Shown: positions 51,304 through 63,820 of the stretch, piece by piece | How positions within the stretch are numbered: the first letter of the stretch is position 1 | Layout: each line of letters opens with the position of its first letter | Assembly (NCBI GenBank): GCA_002633005.1 | Contig: NMRA01000476.1 | Span: 164,911-228,730, forward strand | Length of the DNA: 63,820 nucleotides | From: Phoronis australis | Taxonomy: Eukaryota > Animalia > Phoronida | Direction: 5' to 3' | Position numbers and translations under genes: made by a program | Notes under the pieces: generated by a model | What the model saw: the letters and a program-made list of their open reading frames with translations, nothing else | The model's database searches: none | Told to the model about the DNA's origin: nothing

Positions 51304-54300
51304 TCAGCTGGTGGCAGCATTCTGGGAAGCGTATGGTGAATACTTGAGAGACTCCAGAAACAAACTTTCGTCGGCGAGAAATTCTTTATCCTGTAAATGT
51401 GAGAATCTTCTTCATAACAAATTGCAATTGCTCACAACTTTGTAACTCATCTTAATAAGTGCCACAAATACAAATGTTGTGATCTCTAGATAACATACAA
51501 ACTTGTGAGGATATTGTAATGGTCAGCTTTAGACAAGTTTCGAAGACCATAAATCTGTGTTAAATCAATTTGAAAGAGGAAAGTACAAAACAAGCCTGTA
51601 ATGCTTTTACACACATTACACAAAAGTTACATTATTCATGATGAAAATAAAGAAAATTGCAAAGTCGTGGGATTAGAATTGAATGAGAGAGAGACAACCC
51701 ATTGCAATGTGATGACAAATAAATCATAAAGAACATAAGACAACATACAGCTTGGTATGCAGCTATATAGACAACAAGGTTGACATGTCAAGCGGCAACT
51801 CACCTTTTGCGCACTTATCTGCCAAGTTTTTATCCTGGTGTGTGGATCACTCACCAGGTCGAGAGCAGGGCCACCTGTGGTCAGATTCTGCACTTGACGC
51901 AATGGTTGAGTGGGTAAACCTGACAAAGAAACACAAAAACACGAGAAGTCAACAAAATCTTGAGACAAGAAAGCTGAGAGATAATACCAAATTGTTCAAT
52001 ATTATAAAGCTAAATAAAACCAGCTACAACTGACCACAAGCACAGCAAGATCTATGCTATTGATTTGGGCTATACACCTCTCTCAAAAAAGTAAATCACA
52101 AGTCATCAGGCCCCAAAACTCCACTTTCAAAAGTATGAGTGAATGAGACTCTCCCTGAACAGTCCACCAGTCCATGGTAGGTTATCTCCCACCCCTTGCC
52201 AGTGTCACATTAACACATTCGCGTACCAGTATCTGTTCTACAAATATACTAAACTGGTGTTCATTGTGCCTTGAATCTAAGCGCCATCTTGTGGTGTTGA
52301 CGTCTCCATGCACACACGGATGAGCCGATGTCACTTGTGTGTTGGAAAGATGTCATTATTATTTAATTAATGCATTCGAACTATATTGAAAGTGTCAGCG
52401 AGAGTTTATTGTTTGGCCCAATCTCGTGCAGGTCAAGACACTTGCCACTGAGAGAGCGCCGGAATGAACATAGTATAGTTAGCTCTGTAAAACCGTCAAG
52501 ACAGACACAGCAGTTGCTAGTGTTTTCCCATGGACTCGGGGCCACCGTGTTTGAACTGTGTGAACAACTTGTGTAACCCAAGCTTGGACGGCACCTGGAC
52601 TATGAGCTTTGATGACAGTACGCAAGAGCTACTAACTACTCATGTATGCCAGCCAATCATGTTTGTCTTTGTATGATTATGAATATAATTTTATTACTGA
52701 AAATGCATTCTACTTGTCCACTCAGCCAAATTGAGTTCAACACACCTACACCAGCTAATACTCCCTTTATACAGCTGAGTTAAGTGGAACAAAGCAATTT
52801 AAAGGGGCATTTCGACTTTGTTTTGCTATCAAGGTTGAATTCTTAATCAAAGCTTTTGAGGTTTATGGATATTACCATGCTTATGCGATCTCAAATTGTT
52901 GCCAAAAGAGCCAGCAAGTCGCAGGCAATCCCCTACAGGTGCTATTTTTTTAATTCACAATTTTAGTAAAGGCCAACACCAAAAAGTGCCTTGCTCAATG
53001 GCACAACTGACCCCGAAACCTTTTGATTGCAAGTCGACCAACCAGAGTCAAGGGAAAAGCAATATGCTGTCAAAAACTAGAATGGCCAACAGGGGCTAGT
53101 GTGGTGCCGACCTCATAAAACCTCGACTCAAAGCTTCCTCAGAAATCTGGTGTCCATACGTAGTCATCATAAACCTCTGTTTCTGAATCATAATTCATTG
53201 AAATCTATTCAGCCAATCTGAAAATAATCAATGGGCAAGGCAAATCTTGTCAACAACTCAAATGGCCAACAGGAGGAGCTAAGGTAGTCAACTCCGTCTA
53301 CTAGGTCGAGTGATTTTTGAGATATGCTTTTGAAGGAATGCGACCTCAAATCCCTTTTCGTTACACAACATGGGGCAGCACTTCAAGTCAGCCACAAATT
53401 CTGTATCTGGTAAAGCCAACAATGTGCCAAATACAATGAAAAAAGATTATCGTTGAATAACGTGCATGCCCTAAGACTCACTTTCAGTAGTAAAAGTGAA
53501 TGCTGCAAGATGTTTGTGATGCATATTTCCATTTGAGAGAGGATGACGAACAACAGAGCTTTAAACTTCATACTAAGTACACTTGCAATGCATTCGACCG
53601 TAGCGGAAGTGACTGATAAATAAACAAAATCCAGAGTAAAACATACCAGTAGAGTTTCTGTAGTTCAAGGCTGATGTAATATCTTTGATAGGTGTACGAC
53701 ATGATTGACACGTGAGAGAGTTCTGAACATTCTGGAGTTCCCTCTTGTCCTGAGCAACAGCAAGACGCTCCTGTAAAAGTAGTGACACAAATGACACAGA
53801 GACAGATGGACGGCGTGATAGTAGACAATATGGTTGTTCATATCAAAATGTTTACCTTTAGTTAACTCCTTTCGTCTCGACAGGAATTTCCACTCTAAAC
53901 CTTAACAACACAAGAAACTTCTCGACTTCTAACATCAAGTAACTTTGAAACAAATGCCACAAACTTAATAGCTGCAAATATTAAATAAGTGCTCGCACTG
54001 GAGCACCCTATTCACCAATAGCTGTCAGAGGCAGCGTTTTGCGTGAGTTTTACACGTTCAGTGCAGCACAATACCTCAGTAGCGTTCCACTTGTGAGTAA
54101 CCAGAGTTACTGAACACGCTAATGGAACAGTTCATAAGACAGGCTGGCAATACATAGACGCCAACACCTACAATGAGAGGGGGGGCAGTACTTCACCTGA
54201 GCCATCATCCTCTCCTTCACTCTCAGTGCCTCTATTTTGGCCTCCACTTCATGAAGTTGTGACTGGTGTCCACTCTCTATGGACTTGGCTTTGCTAAGTG

Positions 54301-57300
54301 CTTGAACTCCCTCTTCATGGACTCTTGCTGCTTCCTGTAAGGCAACATATTGTTCTTTCAAAAAGTTTGCTTTTGAGCACTTTTATCAAGTCCCTCGAAC
54401 GAATAAGTGAAAAGTGTAGTGCTTAGAAAATTTAAAATTAGATCTCATAGAATAGAGGTGGCAAAACTTTCAATATTTCTTCTAAGTAGCAAGCAGGATA
54501 AGATGTGGGTGTGTGACACTGTGTCCCTTTGTAAATGTTTTGGTGTTTTTTTTCTTCAATAAATGTTTCTGTGTAAAGAAGATATTGATATTTACAAAAC
54601 CTTCAACAGGAGTAAAAATGCTCACAGATTAAAAGACATAAACAAAAATGTTTTACTGCAGCTTAGTCCTGACCATAAACATAGCAACATTAAAATAATT
54701 ATGAAATAATACAAAATAAAATGACAGAAAATAATATCACAGGAAATAAAACTCAAACGGCTGAACAACGGAAATTTCTGCCACCTTCAACTCAAAACCA
54801 ATTGGTAGTTTGTCGAGGCCTGAAATTGTGTACACTTAGCATCAGCTCAAAACCAGAAAATCTGGACGGATTACCATAACCCCACTAGGGAGAGCCAGAG
54901 TAAAAAAATCCATCCGAAAATCGATGTCAGCCACTGTCTCCTGATTGGGAACACACTTGCCAATTTTCACAATGATTCTTCAAGCAGTTTGGCAGATAGA
55001 AAGGCAAATGCCAAAAAAACTATTTGAAATTTTTCAAAATGGCCATTAGGTGGTGCAGAATTGTCACAGCCATTCGAAAATGGAAAGTGTTGTCCTCCCC
55101 TTAGTAAAAACCTAGTTGCCTAATTTCATGAAAATCCATCCATGAATTCCAATGACAAAGAGGAAACCATGGAAAAAGTAAAATTGCCACTACTTGACAC
55201 AGCAGTAGTCGGATCGGTTCCAAATTCGTCACAATTCATCAGCTTCATAGGAACACATCTGCCAAATCTCATTCAGATCCTGTGATGGGTTTAGAAGATG
55301 TAGCTGCAGACGCTGGACAGAGAAGACGTCAATATGCACCCACATATAAATATTATTATGTGGGCGCATGAAAAAGTGACCAGAAATTACCCTGCTCATC
55401 TCCTCAATCTCCCCAGAGCGATGCTTCAACTTGGTGGCCAGCTCCGCCAACACTTCCCGCTCATTCACCAACTTAATCCTGTCTTGTTCCAGTCCCACTC
55501 TCTCCAGACCCAGTTTCTCCTTCTCCACGCGGAGCTCCTCAAGTCGTGCCCCCACCGCAGCCTTATCCTCAGCAAGCTTGTTCATGGTACCCTCCAACTC
55601 AGCAGTGGCCTGTAAAGAAACACTTTGTGTTGTAATCTGAATACGTGGTGTGAACATAAAGTAAACCTGTTCCCTGATGCCTGGAGGTCACAGTCAGTTA
55701 CATGGAACTACTGTAACAGTACTCCTGATAACAGTACTCCTGATGCCTGGATGTCACAGTCAGTCACATGGAACTACTGTAACAGTACTCCTGATGCCTG
55801 GAGGTCACAGTCAGTTACATGGAACTACTGTAACAGTACTCTGACTGCATTGAATTCCTTATTTGGACTGAACTGATAAACCTGTTGTTCATGTTCATAT
55901 TTTCTAATAATTAGAAGTCAAGTAATCCAAGTCCATCAACTTCTTAAAGCACTAAAATTAAAAAAACAAAAACAAATGTATAGCCAATAAGATAGGCAAA
56001 ACAAGGTTTTCATCAGTGTAGCCCAATTGCTATGAACTAAACTACAAGTGCAGTACACACAGGGAGTGACTTCTAGATGATCAACCGTGACATACTAGCA
56101 CCTACGTAATATTTGACAAGTTGACTTGATCTCTGCCCACGAGGGCCAACCTTTCTTTTCTTAGTTACGTGACCTCACTTTGCTGGAAAAATCTGCAGTC
56201 AGGAGGAATTTGTTTAGGTGAATCTCAGCATGGGATCTAGTCTTAACGCTATACTCATGAAACAAGACTACTTGCAGCTACTATGCAACATTCCACGTAA
56301 CATCTTCAGCAAAACACAATCATATTCTTGTTAGTACCTGGATATGGGTTTTGCCACAAATATGCAGAAAGGAAAACATCTTCTCAAAAATCCTAAAAAC
56401 TGTGCTAGGAAAGTGCAACGTAAAATGCTCTAATTTTCAAATACAAAAAAAAAACATAGACAGAAATGAAATGGATTTCACACAAAAGTCATCTAGATTT
56501 CATACAATTCTCCTTGTCACAAACCTTGACTGATCTTATGGACCCAGTGTTCTCCCTGTTGAGCAGTAACCTCTGAGAAACATTAAAATCAGCTCTTTCT
56601 GATGACAACACACGTCGCTCCTCATACAGCTGGCTCAGTATGGACTTCTGTTCAGTCAACAGATCCTCCTGTGAACAAAATGATTTCAAAATTGACATTC
56701 ACAACAAAAAACTTATCACAATATTCTTGACTTTAGCAAGTGAAAGCATGTCTCTGTAGGAGAAATACAAAGGCGATTTACCCGAGCTTTCTGCAATTCT
56801 TTTCTTTCCCTCTCCGTTCTCTCGCCATTTATTCTCTTTTCTTCCTCCAGGGAGTGCTGCAGTGCATCCAGGCGACTCTGCTCCTGTTTCACCCTCCAAC
56901 GTTCCTAGAAGTAACGGTGGGTAGAAGTGTAGCATCAACAAAGGCACATCTGTAAAAACAACTCTAGCTCTATACACTTTGATCACTTTAACTCACTAGA
57001 TGTAAAAAACTGCTCCAGCATTTTAAGTACCTCTTCAAGTTGTCTCCCTTGATCCCTTATCTGCAACTCCATCTTAGCGACCAGTTCTTGTAAGCGAATT
57101 CTCTCCCTGTCATTCTCTTCTTGCTGTTTCACTAGTCGTTCTTCCAACACTGCACAAAACACATAACACTAGTCCCAAATTGGCAACATTTTCTTTAATT
57201 TGAAGAGACAGTGTGCCTCAATGGTTTATGTTCTAGACTCCCACTTGGAAACCAATATGCAATCGAACGAATGGAAACCTAGATATAAAATTTCTACATG

Positions 57301-60300
57301 TGCTATTAACAGTTATACTGCAATTATAGTTATACACATGTGTGCAGTCGACTTTGAAACTTTGGACAAGGGTACAGACACATCCATGTAATGCTACTTA
57401 GCACTAAGCAGTAACCTGTGTTTAGAAATTGAGAGCTCTACTGCTAAGTCAAACGTAAATTAAATTTGTTCCTTCACTCTCAAGTGAGCGAGGAACTGGC
57501 ATATATAAAACATATCATAGAACAGACAATGTAATTTTTTAAGTTGGCTTGTGCCATCAGTCACTCATACCTTTCAGTTTCTCATCCTTGGCCCTCATTG
57601 TGATCTCTCGGTCATCCAGACCTACAGTATGGTGATTGTGTATTCTGTGCTGCAGCTGACCCAGGTCTCTTGTGTTCATCTGCATCTGCTCCAAGACAAC
57701 TTGCATGGACCTGACAAGACAACAGGTGATGTGTAAGGAAAATAGCTTACCAAGAAATAAACAGTTTTTACAAAAGTATAACACCGTAGTATTCAATTCT
57801 CTTGATTTCACACCTTCTCATTGCAAAGACAGCTACGTGAGTTTATGGCGGAGAATCCAACTCAGAAGCGACCAATTTGGTTCATTAATAAAATTTCATT
57901 TCAAGCAAGAGCAACGCGCAGCACCCACCGTGTGCATTGCACATAATGCCAATACAAGGGATGATTACTATTTCAAACATTCTCACAAAACGGAGCAACG
58001 CTAGGTAACTTAAAATGGTCTCTAGGGCATGCATAGCAAATCAGGAATGCTCTCCTTAATAAGAACACACTTGCCAAGGCTGCAAAAAAATTATATCTGG
58101 CACTTGGGGCACATAGGTATTCAAATACATCCAAACGTCGTGACCTGTTGTCATGTTCATGGAAAAACACTTTTTTAATTTTGGCCTTCCAGTCAAACCC
58201 ACTCAAAATCAAACTCTGGCTGTCCAAAACACGGCCGCTGTATAAACCCTTGCCACTAGGTGGCACAAAATACATGAAATCCATTTGAAAACATGAGGGT
58301 GGCATCATGTTCCTAATAGATACCCATTTGCCAAATTTCATGAAAATCTGTTATGGAATACCGAAGATACAGAGGCAAATGTAAAAAACTAAAATTGTCA
58401 CCGGTAGTCTGATCCGTCTGAAAATCCGCTCATGCCGTCCCATCCATGAAATGAACTTACCCACAAAATACATCAGCGGGTTTTGGAAATACAACAGCAG
58501 ATGCTGGAAGTTGGACAGACGCCAAATGGATACCGGACGGATGCCGGAGGGACAAAGATGACGGCATAATGCGCCCATATAAGTATGTGGGTGCATAAAA
58601 CCTACTGAAGTGTATTTCAGACAATGCAGTTTTTACTACAGGTGGCGCTGCACTTTACCTTAACAGTGACATTAGTCAACAAGCAAGTCACCTACTTTGA
58701 ATGCTCGTGACCACTACTGGCAGCTGCTATCTCTTGGTCCTTTGTTTTCCGCAACCTTTCTAAGGAGTCTTCATGGTCTTTTCTCATACTCTCCAATGCA
58801 TTTCTATACAAAGTAAATGAGATTTTACATTATGACTTAATGTAAATATCTGACAAATAATAGCCAAAGCATGCCATAAGCAAATGTATAAAGTTATAAT
58901 AAAGTGGCTCACATTCAAAACTTAAGGACAGATCACTGAAAGTTAACAAGCTCTATTAAATTCAAACTGTAGTTATTACACCAATCTTACTTGTGTAGTT
59001 CTTTCAGCCTCTCTATTTCAACAGTTTTGTCTTTATCCCACAATGCAAATTTGGCAAACTGTTCAGTAATCATTTTTGCTTTCTCTTCCTCAATCTGACG
59101 AACTTTTGACAAATTCTGAGCGGCAAGAAGCTCATTTTCTTCCTTTAATCTAAAACATAAAATATTATTGTAAAAAATAAGACCAATGCAATGGAAAACT
59201 GTACAACACCCCAAACAGTGATTTCTCTGCAGCAGTAAAATTCACAGATATCAGATGGGCAGCAAATAAGCTCATCTTAAGCAATGAAGTGTGCTGGGTG
59301 AGATAAGAATACTTCATATTTCAAAATGCCCGACTTTGATCGATTCCTGACACTTAATCATCACCTACTTTCAATTAAACAAACAAAAGCCATGTGAGAC
59401 ATTACATGCCAAAAAATTTAAAGTTACAGATGTCCATATAAAACAAAACCATATTTTCTTACCTTGCCTCTCGCCTCTGGAACGACTCTTCGATGATGCT
59501 AAGCTTGCTTTTATTTGCAGCTTCTACAGCACTCAACTCTTCCTCATGACGTTGCCTGATGGTCTCCACCATAGTTTGTAGGTGGTCTCGCTCTATCTCA
59601 AGTTTACGAATCTGAAATCAACGGGCAAACATCACCAAGTTGTATAAAATATTCACCAAACCACTAGTGATTATAGAAGATTCTTTTACTGAATATAAAA
59701 ATGTTACTAGCAGAAGACCTCAAGTTAGGAATTAACAAGAGTAATGCGGAGTGTTGAAATGCATCAGCAACAGCAACGCAAACGGTGTGCTTCTATGGGT
59801 GTTTTAGTACAGTAAAAATGGCTATGGATGGCACAGAATGCGACAAACCCATCCAAATTGAGAATGAGGCAATGTCTCTGTAATACAAACTACTAGCCAA
59901 ATTTCATGAAAATAAGCCAAGGAACTCCTAAAATTTAGAGGTAAATGTAATAAACAGTTAACAAGAGGGGGCACAGCTATTGTCGGATTGCTCTGAAACT
60001 CATCGTCATCTGTAGCTATGTCTATAGTACCCCATCTGCCAAACTTTGCAATGATCCTTCAAAGGGTTAAGGAGATACAGCCGTAGATGCAAAAAAGCAA
60101 AATTGCCCTTAGGGGGCACCAGAATAGTCAAAAATAACTAACAATCAACGTCAGCCAGGGACTTCGCATCAGGAACACAACCGTCAATTTTCATAAGGAT
60201 CCTTTGAGTGCCTTGGCAGAAAGAGAGGCAGACGACAAAAGCATACACAAAATTTTTTAAATAGCCACCAGTTGGTGCAAAAAATATTCAATCTGTCAAA

Positions 60301-61357
60301 AAATGAGAGGGTGTTGTCATCTCTAATAGAAACCTATTTGCTGAATTTCATGAAAATATATTAACGAACTCCGAAGATACAGAGTTAAACGTAAAAACAT
60401 TTTGCCACTGAGGGGCACAGCAGGATTTGAATCAATTTGACACTTTTTACCAGTTGCAGTCGACTCCATAGGAATACATCTTTCAAATTTTTCAAAGCTT
60501 CTTTGAAGGGTTAAGGAGATTCTGCCTCAGGCGCAAAAAACAAAATCGTCATTAGGGTGCGACACTGCAGTCAGACTCATCTAGAAGTCAATGTCAGTCA
60601 TGGTCCTCTCATCAGGAACACACTGTAAATTTTTATAATGATCCTTTGAGCGTTATGGCAGATAGAGAGGCGGACGCCAGAAAATGAACGCAAAATAAAA
60701 AAAACACAAGATGGCTTAAAATCTGTCAAATCCATCTAAAATGAAATGGTGTCATTTTATTTTTGTTAACAATCTACTAGGCGAATTTCATGCAAATCCT
60801 TTAAGGAACGTTGAAGATACAGAGGCAAAGGGTAGGAAACTAAAATTGCCACTAAAGGGCACAGCATTATTCAGATCAGTCCAAAACTCATCCTCATATG
60901 TCCTCAGCCGCACAGGAACACATCTGCCAAATTTCAATAAAATCCTGCAAGGGGTCCATTTAGGAAATACAGCTGCGAATGCCCAGACGGAGATGACAAC
61001 AATAACCACCCGCATAAAAGCCTAACCAAATGACATCACTTCATCAAAGCTGGCAAGATTACAGTTATGACAAACTTACCTTAAGTGAAGGATGACAGCA
61101 ATAACATGCATTTCCAGAATTCCAACACTGTGCTAACATTCATGGTAACACACAGGGAATTCTGGGAGGAGAAAAACCATTAGTATACGCTATCTCACCT
61201 TTGTTTCCAGCTCCAAGGTAGCCAGTGAACTCTCAGCCAACGCCCTCTGTTGGACCATCTCGACATTAGCTTGCTGGGGATGGACAGGACTAAACACCGA
61301 CGAAATTCCGAAGGGAGGCATCTGAGATGTGTTGAGAAGTGAGGGCTGTTGAAGTAT
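51304..61357 (-). CDS. FBF1: Fas-binding factor 1 homolog (centriole distal-appendage coiled-coil protein), 3' part; 5' exons lie beyond the window
   Basis: Exons 61199-61357, 59463-59611, 58991-59149, 58696-58803, 57571-57710, 57031-57149, 56782-56904, 56525-56668, 55391-55609, 54197-54334, 53647-53770, 51804-51919, 51304-51390, phase-consistent. Peptides RKLEIERDHL, LRKTKDQEIAAASSGHEHSKSMQVVLEQM, ERWRVKQEQSR and C-terminal DKEFLADESLFLESLKYSPY match FBF1. Confidence 0.88.
54830..55375 (-). mobile_element. HINE family A copy (partial)
   Basis: Family modules (AATTTCATGAAAATCC, GGAACACATCTGCCAAAT) and terminal stem-loop ATGCACCCACAT...ATGTGGGCGCAT. Confidence 0.6.
55673..55843. repeat. Tandem repeat, ~52-bp unit x3
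   Basis: CCTGATGCCTGGAGGTCACAGTCAGTTACATGGAACTACTGTAACAGTACT repeated three times. Confidence 0.9.
57905..58600 (-). mobile_element. HINE family A copy
   Basis: CAAGAGCAACGCG at one end; GGAC-rich microsatellite and stem-loop ATGCGCCCATATAAGTATGTGGGTGCATAAAA at the other. Confidence 0.55.
59735..61019 (-). mobile_element. HINE family A copy with multiple internal modules
   Basis: Starts ACAAGAGTAATGCGGAGTGTTGAAATGC; repeated modules (GGGGCACAG, AATTTCATGAAAAT, GGAACACA); decayed terminal hairpin ...CCACCCGCATAAAA. Confidence 0.6.
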
Positions 61358-61406
61358 CTGGGGGAAAAAGCACATTTGTGACCCAGCGCCACAAAGTGAG
61401 TCTTAA

Positions 61407-61647
61407 AAAAAACAACTGCAGGCAGTCTGATACACGTTGTACCAGACGTGCGCAGGCCTCTTATGTAGGCCCATTGCACTGATCACCTGGAACTATTTTT
61501 ATGCTTTATTAATATATGGTTAAAACCGAGCTGAGGAGCTAGAAACCTGGCTGAAGGGTTTAGCAGTGTGACCTGGTGGGACTTGAACCCACGACCTCGA
61601 GTAAAGAAAGCGGGCACTTATCAACCAGGACACACTGCCTCCTCTCA
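61407..61647 (-). mobile_element. tRNA-derived SINE with 14-bp TSD
   Basis: Minus-strand tRNA-like head with A-box-like TGTCCTGGTTGA and B-box GGTTCAAGTCC; flanked by the direct repeat AAAGTGAGTCTTAA (61393-61406 / 61648-61661). Confidence 0.8.
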
Positions 61648-62108
61648 AAAGTGAGTCTTAAGTCGGGAATTATGCTTCCTGGTCAGACTGCATATAGTTG
61701 CCTTGGGTGAAAATTAGGTCTTTTTCCTTGTAGATTATGATTCATTCTATGTCACAAAACTTGGCTTTAAAATAAGCATACTTCATTTCTAACCTTATTT
61801 ATTTATTTCGAAAAACATCATATTCTCCACGACTGGATAGCTTGTGAAATTTTCATCGAAATTTGCCGGTATTCATGACTGCATTGCTCAAGCACCTGTT
61901 GACCCAGTTCACTCATAAACATATCAAGAGAAAGGTCAAACTCTGCTTATTAAGCATGTAGTAAGATTGTTGAATTTTCCGTCCAATCATTAGTCGTAAT
62001 ATTACGACCTTTTAACCTCATAAATCAGTGACCTCATTTGCTGGGACTTGTCAAGTGGGCGTTAAGTTGTGGAGTCACGGATTCATGACATGTTGACAAG
62101 AGAGTAAG

Positions 62109-62970
62109 ATGGCTGATCGCCATGTAGCAGATCTGTTAAGTTCTTGCCAAGGATTGCAGCATCAAGATCAGCGAGAGCTAACTGATCTAATCCAAGAATA
62201 TTTTGTGGATGGAGAAGAGGGCGAGGTTGGTGACAGCGACGAGACATTGTCTTGTGACAGCGACTCGCCGGATGATGAGTTTGACGATCAAACCATCGTG
62301 AACCCAGTTGCGTTGGAACAAGAGCTTGAAGATCACAATATTGATGAGCTTTCTCGCAGAGCAATGTCTTGTTCTTGCAAAGCGAATGGAGCTGGGTGCC
62401 GGCAAATAAAAGTTTCTACAGAAGACGATCTTCCGACAGGGTGCATCACACAGTTTGATGTTGAGGAAATCGTGGCTCTGCAGTTGTCGGTGAAAGATAT
62501 GGATAGGGGTGAGTCACTGTAATTCATTCTCAAAATTATTAATACAAAGTTAACGTAGAATTTCGAATTCTTGTGAACAGGAGTCACGAATGTTTATTTG
62601 GTAACTGACATGATTTTATTTTATTAAACTTCGCCAAATTACATTAATTTTAACTACCTAGTTGTACTTGCGGTAACCCACTTTCCAGAAGTGAACTGAC
62701 CGTTTACATTAGCTGGGAAATGTATTGACCCAGTTGGTTACTTGCAGTTGTCTAACAAGATATTACTCCTCTCAAGTCAGGGGGCAGAACATCCAACACC
62801 AGGTCAATCAGTCTCCAAGATGTGAGAACTATTGTGCAGTTCCTCACCAACTATGCGGAGGCAAATGCTGTGTCATTGCCTGGGAGGGTTCCTGGATACA
62901 AGCGGGGACGACATACGTCTACTTTCCTTTTCATCACCAAAGAGCAAGATTTTTAGGCTATACTCCTAAC
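62109..62970 (+). pseudogene. DNA-transposase remnant, tentatively Sola (Sola3)-like, inside an FBF1 intron on the opposite strand
   Basis: Acidic N-terminal exon with CSC...C motif ending at a GTGAGT donor (~62509); second remnant VQFLTNYAEANAVSLPGRVPGYKR/DDIRLL at 62822-62965 with a frameshift. Confidence 0.5.
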
Positions 62971-63599
62971 ACGCTAACAGGCATATGTATGCTCTAACAT
63001 AGTTAATGGTTACAAACTAACACTATGATAGACTGCATTAAGTAAATTTTGATCTTTTTCAAATTTTGTTAAGTTTTTAATAATGTGTTGTATAATAACC
63101 CGTTTGCTTAAGTTTCTCTGTTTTATTAGCATCTAATTCTTTTTTCAGACTAACACGCATTGATTGTTTTGTTTTGTCATGAAGCATCTGAATTTGAATC
63201 GAAGATCCATCATCTCGATGCCATGTAAGTTGTAACTTCTATAATATTGGTGATCATGGTCATTAATTATTGTGTTGTTGTTGTCTCTTAGACTCAAATT
63301 TCACGCCAAGCTGAGAAAAATCAGTCACAAATTTTCATGAAATATAAGTAATAGCCTACAAAAGTACATATTTATTTTTGAAAATCGACAAAATTTTGAA
63401 ACAAAATTTTTTGAGTAATTTTCAAATAAATTGGTTTTCTTTTTCGTCTGATTTCTTTCATGATTATTGTAATAACTTCAACGAAGCCAGAAAAATTTTG
63501 ACGAAAATCGGTAACTTTTTAAAATCTACTGTATGAAGATGAATGTACAATGCAACTCTCTTTGATTTAAGTCCAGATCAACATCATTCAATATTTGTT

Positions 63600-63720
63600 A
63601 CAAGAGCAACGCGGAGCGTTGAAATGCGCCCACAATTGCACCGCATACGGTATCCTTCTAGGGTTGTTTATTGGTACCATAAAGTGGCCAGTAGAGGGCA
63701 TACTTTGCAAAATGGAAAGG
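63600..63720 (-). mobile_element. HINE family A terminus (partial)
   Basis: ACAAGAGCAACGCGGAGCGTTGAAATGCGCCCACAA is the reverse complement of the 22934-22969 end. Confidence 0.6.
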
Positions 63721-63820
63721 CATGGTCATTGTCTCCTCAATAGGCTAGGGGCAAAATGTGAGTAATCTTCATAATACAAGCACATCCTATACACCAGTTG
63801 CTTAAAGCACCACAGAAACA

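Noticed and set aside
61565-61645. Functional tRNA gene
   Set aside because: The anticodon arm does not pair cleanly, and the sequence is the head of a TSD-flanked 241-bp insert, so it is called a SINE.

Overview
Intron-rich animal genomic DNA, probably from a marine invertebrate (inference only), with two N-gaps (24299-24910, 41049-41944). Three host genes can be rebuilt from splice sites and conserved motifs. RPL18 is complete (minus strand, 7 coding exons, 188 aa). A sphingosine kinase gene is complete (plus strand, 592 aa) and lies head-to-head with RPL18 on a very compact bidirectional promoter, as human RPL18/SPHK2 do. The 3' portion of FBF1 (minus strand, 13 exons) runs off the right end. 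The rest is dense with transposable elements. The most notable are TTAA-flanked Kolobok-type DNA transposons carrying two convergent genes: a THAP-transposase and an acidic, Cys-rich protein resembling the P2X7 'ballast'/nanor domain. Each gene is preceded by the same mirror-image promoter-like motif. Also present: a THAP-bearing P-superfamily element with a 7-bp TSD, piggyBac, Sola-like and LINE remnants, nested Helentron-type (HINE) elements, MITEs, a T-tailed tRNA-derived SINE with a 14-bp TSD, and minisatellites. Family assignments come from motif recognition by eye; no database search was run.
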